A stretch of DNA of 63,950 nt, filler included, from Octopus bimaculoides (taxonomy: Eukaryota): assembly GCF_001194135.2 (NCBI RefSeq). It is 4 parts of 4 records of this genome, joined end to end, with 100 filler letters (N's around TTAATTAATTAA, not from the genome) between each part and the next. Parts side by side here need not be neighbours in the genome. Positions count along the whole stretch, not along the records: positions 62,036 to 63,950 come from NC_068982.1; 3 more parts are not named here. One strand, 5' to 3'. This document shows positions 63,495 to 63,950 of this stretch, piece by piece. Below the pieces are notes generated by a model, which worked only from the letters and a program-made list of their open reading frames with translations, searched no databases and was not told the DNA's origin. The translations under genes and the position numbers were made by a program. Every line of letters starts with the position of its first letter. The stretch's first letter is position 1.

Positions 63495-63685
63495 GGAAAT
63501 GGCAGGAGAGGGAGTTGGTTGATGTAATCGACCTCAGTACTTGATTGGTATTTATTTTATGGATCATGAAATGATGAAATACAAAGTTGATCTCAGTGGA
63601 ATTTGAACTCAGAACATAAAGACTGAGAAAATTCTTCTAAGCATTTCATCCAAAGAGCTGGCAGTTCTGCCAGTTCACTGCCTTC
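63495..63685 (-). mobile_element. SINE family A, diverged
   Basis: GATGTAATCGACCTCAGTAC...AAAGTTGATCTCAGTGGAATTTGAACTCAGAAC on +. Confidence 0.8.
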
Positions 63686-63739
63686 ATTATTTCGTAATAA
63701 TATATACTGTTTCATGACCTTGTTTCATAATAGACACAG

Positions 63740-63890
63740 TCATGGTTGTATGGTCAAGAAGTTTGCATCTCGATTCTAATTCAGTACCACCATGTGACAC
63801 CTTGAGCAAGTGTCTTCTACTACAGCCTCTGACTAGCGAAAGACATGTGAATGGATTTGGTAGACAGATATTGAAAAAAGGCCAATTGCA
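63740..63890 (+). mobile_element. SINE family B, 5' half, diverged
   Basis: GGTCAAGAAGTTTGC...CACCTTGAGCAAGTGTCTTCTACTACAGCC...GGATTTGGTAGACAG. Confidence 0.75.
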
Positions 63891-63915
63891 TATACATATA
63901 TATACATATATCTAT

Positions 63916-63950
<35 letters not shown>

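Overview
AT-rich eukaryotic non-coding DNA, very rich in microsatellites, with many N-gaps and no confidently identifiable host-gene exon. The repeat content suggests a coleoid cephalopod, probably Octopus (inference). Most listed ORFs are artefacts of microsatellites or gaps. The real content is transposon-derived: many copies of at least three tRNA-like SINE families, decayed RTE, CR1/Jockey-like, Tx1/L1-like and R4/Dong-like LINEs, a decayed Penelope-like element (RT plus GIY-YIG), and a full-length but inactive DD37D mariner with TIRs and TA target duplication. The most notable signals, all read by hand: (1) five hammerhead-ribozyme motifs of unrelated sequence, three with intact cores and all helices, plus one decayed copy; (2) a Tx1-like LINE inserted inside a SINE, splitting it with a short target duplication; (3) Dong-like 3' ends repeatedly embedded in (AAT)n, one followed by a hammerhead cassette; (4) a perfect 47-bp fold-back, a tandem array of splice-donor units with one intact micro-exon-like unit, and a short locally templated insertion. 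Family names come from motif recognition, not database searches.
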